A stretch of DNA of 64,000 bases from Octopus vulgaris (taxonomy: Eukaryota). The notes below the pieces were generated by a model. That model did not search any database and was not told the origin of the DNA. It was given only the letters and a program-made list of their open reading frames with translations. A program made the position numbers and the translations under genes. Shown here piece by piece: positions 58,758 to 64,000 of this stretch (within the stretch, counting starts at the first letter, position 1; every line of letters begins with the position of its first letter). The DNA is taken from positions 10,168,001 through 10,232,000 of the forward strand of contig OX597816.1 of NCBI GenBank assembly GCA_951406725.2, written 5' to 3'.

Positions 58758-59278
58758 AGTCAAGTACATGAACATGAACATCGAAATAAATATCAATGGA
58801 AATAGTAGTTGTGATACCTATGCCGGTGGCACATAAAAAGCACCATCCAAACGTGGCCGATGCCAGCGCCGCCTCGACTGGCTTCTGTGCCGGTGGCACA
58901 TAAAAAGCACCATCCGAACGTGGCCGTTGACAGCGCCGCCCCGACTGGCTTCTGTGCCGGTGGCACATAAAAAGCACCATCCGAGCATGGCCGTTGACAG
59001 TGCCGCCTTGGCTGGCTACCGTGCCGGTGGTACGTTAAAAAGCACCGACTGATCGTGTTCATTGCCAGCCTCCTCTAGCCCCTTTGCCATTGGCATGTAA
59101 AAAGCACCCACTACACTCGCTGAGTGGTTGGCGTAAGGAAGGGCATCCAGCTGTAGAAACTCTGCTAGATTAGACTGAAGCCTGGTGCAGCCCCTGGCTT
59201 CCCAGACCCCCGGTCAAACCGTCCAACCCGTGCTAGCGTGGAAAACGGATGTTAAACGATGATAATGATGATGATGAT
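58758..59278 (+). mobile_element. Family B RTE 3' UTR with four to five 67-bp units
   Basis: Leader, GCCGGTGGCACATAAAAAGCACCATCC units, core and GAT tail. Confidence 0.9.
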
Positions 59279-59367
59279 ACATACACACATATATCATCAT
59301 CATCATACATCCGCTTTCCATGGGTTGGACAATTTGACTGAGGGCTGGCGAACCAGACCTATATATA

Positions 59368-59406
<39 letters not shown>

Positions 59407-59944
59407 TGTATGTGTGTTCAAAAACCTTAGTAGTTAATTTTTATTTTATGATTTATAGAGTTATTTCTACTCAAAAAAGCCAGCACTAAATCAAGGTGAC
59501 AAGCCTCACGATGTTAGCCATTAGTTCATTCATTTTTACACCTGCCCTTCCATGTTGGCATGGAACCTGAGGCACATTTATTGTGACAATATTCTAATGC
59601 AAAATATTCTCCCGTTGCCAACATTTTACCTGTTGTTCAAGACATTGACTTAAGGAAAAAATAAATTTCTTCATAAATGTAGAGCTGCAGGAAATTTGTT
59701 TACAGTGAATGTAAATATGACATCACTGCTTTGCTGAAGAAGTGTTGTTTACCAGTTTTACTCAGAATGTATTGGTCAGCTTGAGTCTATTGGAGAAGAC
59801 ATTAGCCCAAGGAATCATATACTGAGATGGAACAAGAAGCCATAAAGAGCTTCATATCAACACAACCAAACTTTACATGTATGTGTCTTTATTAGTTATA
59901 GCAACTAGTGTTTAATAACATTCTGTTGTATTTGTCTGTCTATC

Positions 59945-60100
59945 GGAGTGGCTGTGTGGTAAGTAGCTTGCTTATGAACCACATGGTTCCGGGTTCAGTC
60001 CCACTGCATGGCACCTTGGGCAAATGTCTTCTACTATAGCTTCGGGCCAACCAAAGTCTTGTGAGTGGATTTGGTAGACGGAAACTGAAAGAAGCCCATC

Positions 60101-60144
<44 letters not shown>

Positions 60145-60358
60145 GTGTGTGTGTGTGTGTCTGTGTTTGTCTCCCCCCAGCATCGCTTTGACAACCGATG
60201 CTGGTGCTTTTATGTCCCCATAACTTAGCAGTTAAGCAAAAGGGACTGATAGAATAAGTACTAGGCTTACAAAGAATAAGTCCTGGGTTCGATTTGCTCG
60301 ACTAAAGGTGGTGCTCCAGCATGACCACAGTCACATGACTGAAACAAGTAAAAGAGTA
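59945..60358 (+). mobile_element. SINE family A
   Basis: Full copy. Confidence 0.9.
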
Positions 60359-60554
60359 TCTATCTATCTACGTACCTAACTACCAACCTACCTACCTACT
60401 TATCTATCTCTTTATCTGTCCTTCTATTGATTGATTGATAGATAGGCAGATAGATTCAGCTGCGTGAGCCTGATGAAACAGGTTTCTGTAAGAAGTCGAC
60501 GAAATTTTAAGCCACATGGGGCTGAATCAAACTGTTTTTAATAATTATATATGT

Positions 60555-60897
60555 AAAGGGTAAAGACACCCTTTGGTCATGAATGACCATGCGATTGCAC
60601 CTAAAAGGTTCCCCTTTGAGGCACAAGTCCAGGCAAGGTTGTTTATGGTAGACCAACAGTTTCCCATGCATACCAACCTCCCCTTTCCATGCCACCAATG
60701 GTATCCCTGAGAAAGGCAAAGACCAATACAGATGGGCACCAGTGATAATGTGACTCATTTCTACAGCCGAGTGAACTGGAACAATGTAAAAAAAAAGTGT
60801 CTTGCTCAAGAACACAACAAACAGCCTAGTCTGGGAATCGAACTCACTGCCTCATGATTAGGAGCCCGATGCTCTAGCCACTGAGCCATGTGCCTCC
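60555..60897 (-). mobile_element. SINE family D
   Basis: Reverse complement of 43561-43895. Confidence 0.85.
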
Positions 60898-60969
60898 ATA
60901 TTTGTAACTTCTACTAAACATGTGGCGTGCCTCTTCTTTTTTTTTGTCCACCCATTCATGTATATACAT

Positions 60970-61200
60970 GCGAACTGGCAGAAACGTTAGCATGCCGGGC
61001 GAAATGCGAAGCCGTATTTCGTATGTCGTTACGTTCTGAGTTCAAATTCCGCCGAGGTCGACTTTGCCTTTCATCCTTTCGGGGTCGATAAATTAAGCAC
61101 CAGTTACGCACTGGGGTCGATGTAATCGACTAAATCCCTTTGTCTGTCCTTGTTTTTCCCCTCTGTGTTTAGCCCCCTGTAGGCAATATAGAAATAAATA
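60970..61200 (+). mobile_element. SINE family C (young, CpG-rich copy)
   Basis: GAACTGGCAGAAACGTTAGC head, GAGTTCAAATTCC B box, central GCCTTTCATCCTTTCGGGGTCGATAAATTAAGCACCAG (resembles the conserved Meta-type SINE domain as I recall it; unverified). Confidence 0.9.
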
Positions 61201-61771
61201 TACAGACATTTATAGAATTACATACACATCGATGCCCATATAAATAGATGTGTGTGTTTGTATCTATATATAAACACGCACACAAACCCAACCCCTTTTG
61301 CTCTCTCCCTCGTTCTCCATCCCCCCTCTCTGACTCTCCAATACGTCCTTACTTGTGCGCTCACATGAAATTTGGCAAGCAATCAAATATTTTATGAATA
61401 TATTCATATTCTATATATTTTACTACAACTATAACCCTGATATATCGATATAAGGTATTATGACAACATATATTTCCAAATTTGAATCTGTACAGTTAGT
61501 TATTTATGTTTAAATGTCATGGACTGGATGCTTTTATTGCCTTCTCTCTTGTTTGTTTTATAACATTGAAAAGCCCATGATTAACGAAGCTGAATGTTTT
61601 TTGAGGTATTTCATTGCAATACGATGCTACTCTCCAACTATTTTGCTGTTAATATAACGTCATTAATGAACTGACAAAAGAACCCGCTTTGTGGTCTCTT
61701 GCTCTGCTGGAAATAGTAGCTAAATCTTCTTTAAATCATACTAACCAATTATTATCGGTCACTTAGAAATG

Positions 61772-62157
61772 CTCTTTACTCTTTTACTTGTTTCAGTCAT
61801 TTGACTGCAGCCATGCTGTAGCACCGCTTTTAGTCGAGCAAATCGACCCCCAGGACTTATTCTTTTGTAAGCCTAGTACTTATTCTATCGGTCTCTCTTG
61901 CTGAACCACTAGGTTACGGGAACATAAACACACCAGCATCGGTTGTCAAGCGATGTTTTGGGCACAAACACAGACACACACACACATATACACGATGGAC
62001 TTCTTTCAGTTTCCATCTACCAAAACCACTCGCAAAGCTTTGGTTGGCCTGAGGCTATAGTAGAAGATACTTGCCCAAGGTGCCACGCAGTGAGACTGAA
62101 CCCGGAACCATGTGGTTGGTAAGCAAGCTACTTACCACACAGCCACTCCTGCCCCTA
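61772..62157 (-). mobile_element. SINE family A
   Basis: Full reverse-complement copy. Confidence 0.9.
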
Positions 62158-62367
62158 TAGTAGTATCATCATTATTGTTCAACTTCCTGTTCCCCATGCT
62201 TGCCTGGGTCCGACAGGATCTGTTTGGCAGATCTTTCTATGGTTGGATGCTCTTCCTGCTGCCAACACTTGTTTCCAAACAAGGCAATGTTTTCCCATGG
62301 CTAGATATAATTTTCATGATGGCTCATTTGCAATCATCACATAACAAGAACACAAACTTTCCAATAT

Positions 62368-62625
62368 CTTTTACTTGAGCCAGTCATTAGGCTGTGGCCA
62401 TGCTGGGGCACCACCTCGAAGAATTTTAGCCGAATGAACCAATCCCACGACTTACTTTTTATTAAAGCCTGGCAATTGTTCCGTCAGTCTCTTTTGACAA
62501 ACCACTAAGTTACAGGGACATAAACATGCCACCAAGAGCTGTCAAGCAGTGGTGGGGGACAAATACTGACACACACACACACATATTCACAAGGGGTTTC
62601 TTTTGGTTTCCATCCACCAAATTTA
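62368..62625 (-). mobile_element. SINE family A, 3' half
   Basis: Reverse-complement body and tail. Confidence 0.75.
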
Positions 62626-62689
62626 ACTACCAAATTTAACCCCAGTGTCATGTAAAATGCACTTATCCTGCTGCCATATAAGAACCCAT

Positions 62690-62925
62690 GGTGGCACCAT
62701 GTGAAAAGCACCAGTGCTGGCGTCACATAAGAAGAACTCAGGCTGGCACCACCTAAGAAGCACCTGGTACACTCTGCAAAGTGGTTGGGATTGAGAAGGG
62801 CATCCAAATGTAGAAACCATGCCAAAGCAGACAATTAGAGCCTGGTGCTGCCCTCTGGCTTGCCAGCTCCTGTCAAACCATCCAACCCATGCCAGCATGG
62901 AAAAACAGACGTTCAATGATGTTGA
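62690..62925 (+). mobile_element. Diverged family B fragment
   Basis: GAAGGGCATCCA...CCAACCCATGCCAGCATGG core. Confidence 0.75.
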
Positions 62926-63039
62926 TAATTCCCTTTAGCTTCTGTGATGAAAGAAAACATTCAAATAGTTTACCATTAAGACATTGTCCACTGTCCTAAC
63001 TCTCCATCCTGTTTCACAAATATATAATTTAAACATAAA

Positions 63040-63378
63040 TCGAATGTGGCCGATGCCAGCGCTGGTGGCACATAAAAAAAAAAACACCATCCGAACGTGG
63101 CCATTGCCAGCGCCGCCTTGGCTGGCTCCTATGCTGGTGGCACGTTAAAAGCTCCAACCGATCGTGGCCGATGCCGGACCCCCCTGGCACCTGTGCAGGT
63201 GGCACGTAAAAAGCACCCACTACACTCGCGGAGTGGTTGGCTTTAGGAAGGGCATCCAGCTGTAGAAACTCTGCCAGATCAAGATTGCAGCCTGGTGCAG
63301 CCCCTGGCTTCCCAGACCCCGGTCGAACCGTCCAACCCGTGCTAGTACAGAAAATGGACATTAAATGATGATGATGAT
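63040..63378 (+). mobile_element. Family B RTE 3' UTR fragment
   Basis: 3 units, core and GAT tail. Confidence 0.85.
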
Positions 63379-64000
63379 AAATGTGTTTCACATTGCCATA
63401 GCACATCAAATTTTGATATCTCCTGGGTAATATTTAAGCTGAGCTTGATCTATTGTTTAGCATGTTTTCCTCTATTATCGGAATCTTTTTATATGTATAT
63501 AATTTGTTTTTCCATCGCCATCTCCCCCTCTCTCTCTCTTTTTCTCTTTCCATTCTGTTCTACAGAGTCAGTCACAACTTAGACTCTGTGGTGTTCAATT
63601 ATTTTCATCTTCATTGATGGGAAACACACACACACCTATTTAGTTTACTTGCTTTTCTATCTTCAAAACAGCAATAACAATAACAATAATAATAATAATA
63701 ATAATAATATCAAGATAATTCAGCCCCAAACACATTAACATTGAATTCTCATAAATCCCCAAATCCCTTCTCCCGACGTGTTAGTTTATAAAAAACACAA
63801 CCAAACAAAGAAATGGTAAATAAAATTAAATAGTGTGTGGTGAATTTTTATAAACTGGGGTATTCTGTTTCATGGTAGAACATTGTCAAGAAATATTATT
63901 TTGCTTCGTTAATTTTTAATACTTGAAACATTTGATAGTGCTGTCTCACTAGAATAAAGAAAAAATAAAGATACTAACCAAAATATTTTTACAGAAACAA

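Noticed and set aside
60455-60526. Hammerhead-like CTGATGA...GAAA within a TTCAGC/GCTGAA stem
   Set aside because: Helix II does not close adjacent to GAAA and the NUH register is inconsistent; at best a decayed remnant

Overview
AT-rich, microsatellite-dense eukaryotic DNA with the repeat landscape typical of an octopus (coleoid cephalopod) genome; this assignment is inferred from the repeat families, not proven. I found no intact protein-coding gene or convincing coding exon, so the window reads as intergenic DNA or part of a very large intron. Nearly all ORFs in the track are artefacts of microsatellites or repeats. The window is a nested mosaic of mobile elements: three tRNA-derived SINE families (about 25 copies of the commonest); about 20 5'-truncated RTE-LINE 3' ends carrying a variable-number 63-67 bp structured unit; other LINE ends (BovB-like RTE, an RTE end with two C2H2 fingers, CR1-like, R4/Dong-like); Penelope-like remnants (a GIY-YIG fragment and several minimal hammerhead-ribozyme motifs); non-autonomous Helitrons; Tc1/mariner, pogo-like, hAT-like and piggyBac-like elements; and a TSD-flanked U2 snRNA retrocopy. 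The most interesting observations are a hammerhead family with a shared non-canonical core, a possible Helitron-captured Rab-like fragment, a MITE tandem array with dimeric higher-order structure, a homogenised 63-bp array in an RTE 3' UTR, and recurrent fold-back palindromes. Family labels A-E are my own working names. Repeat boundaries are approximate unless termini are quoted.
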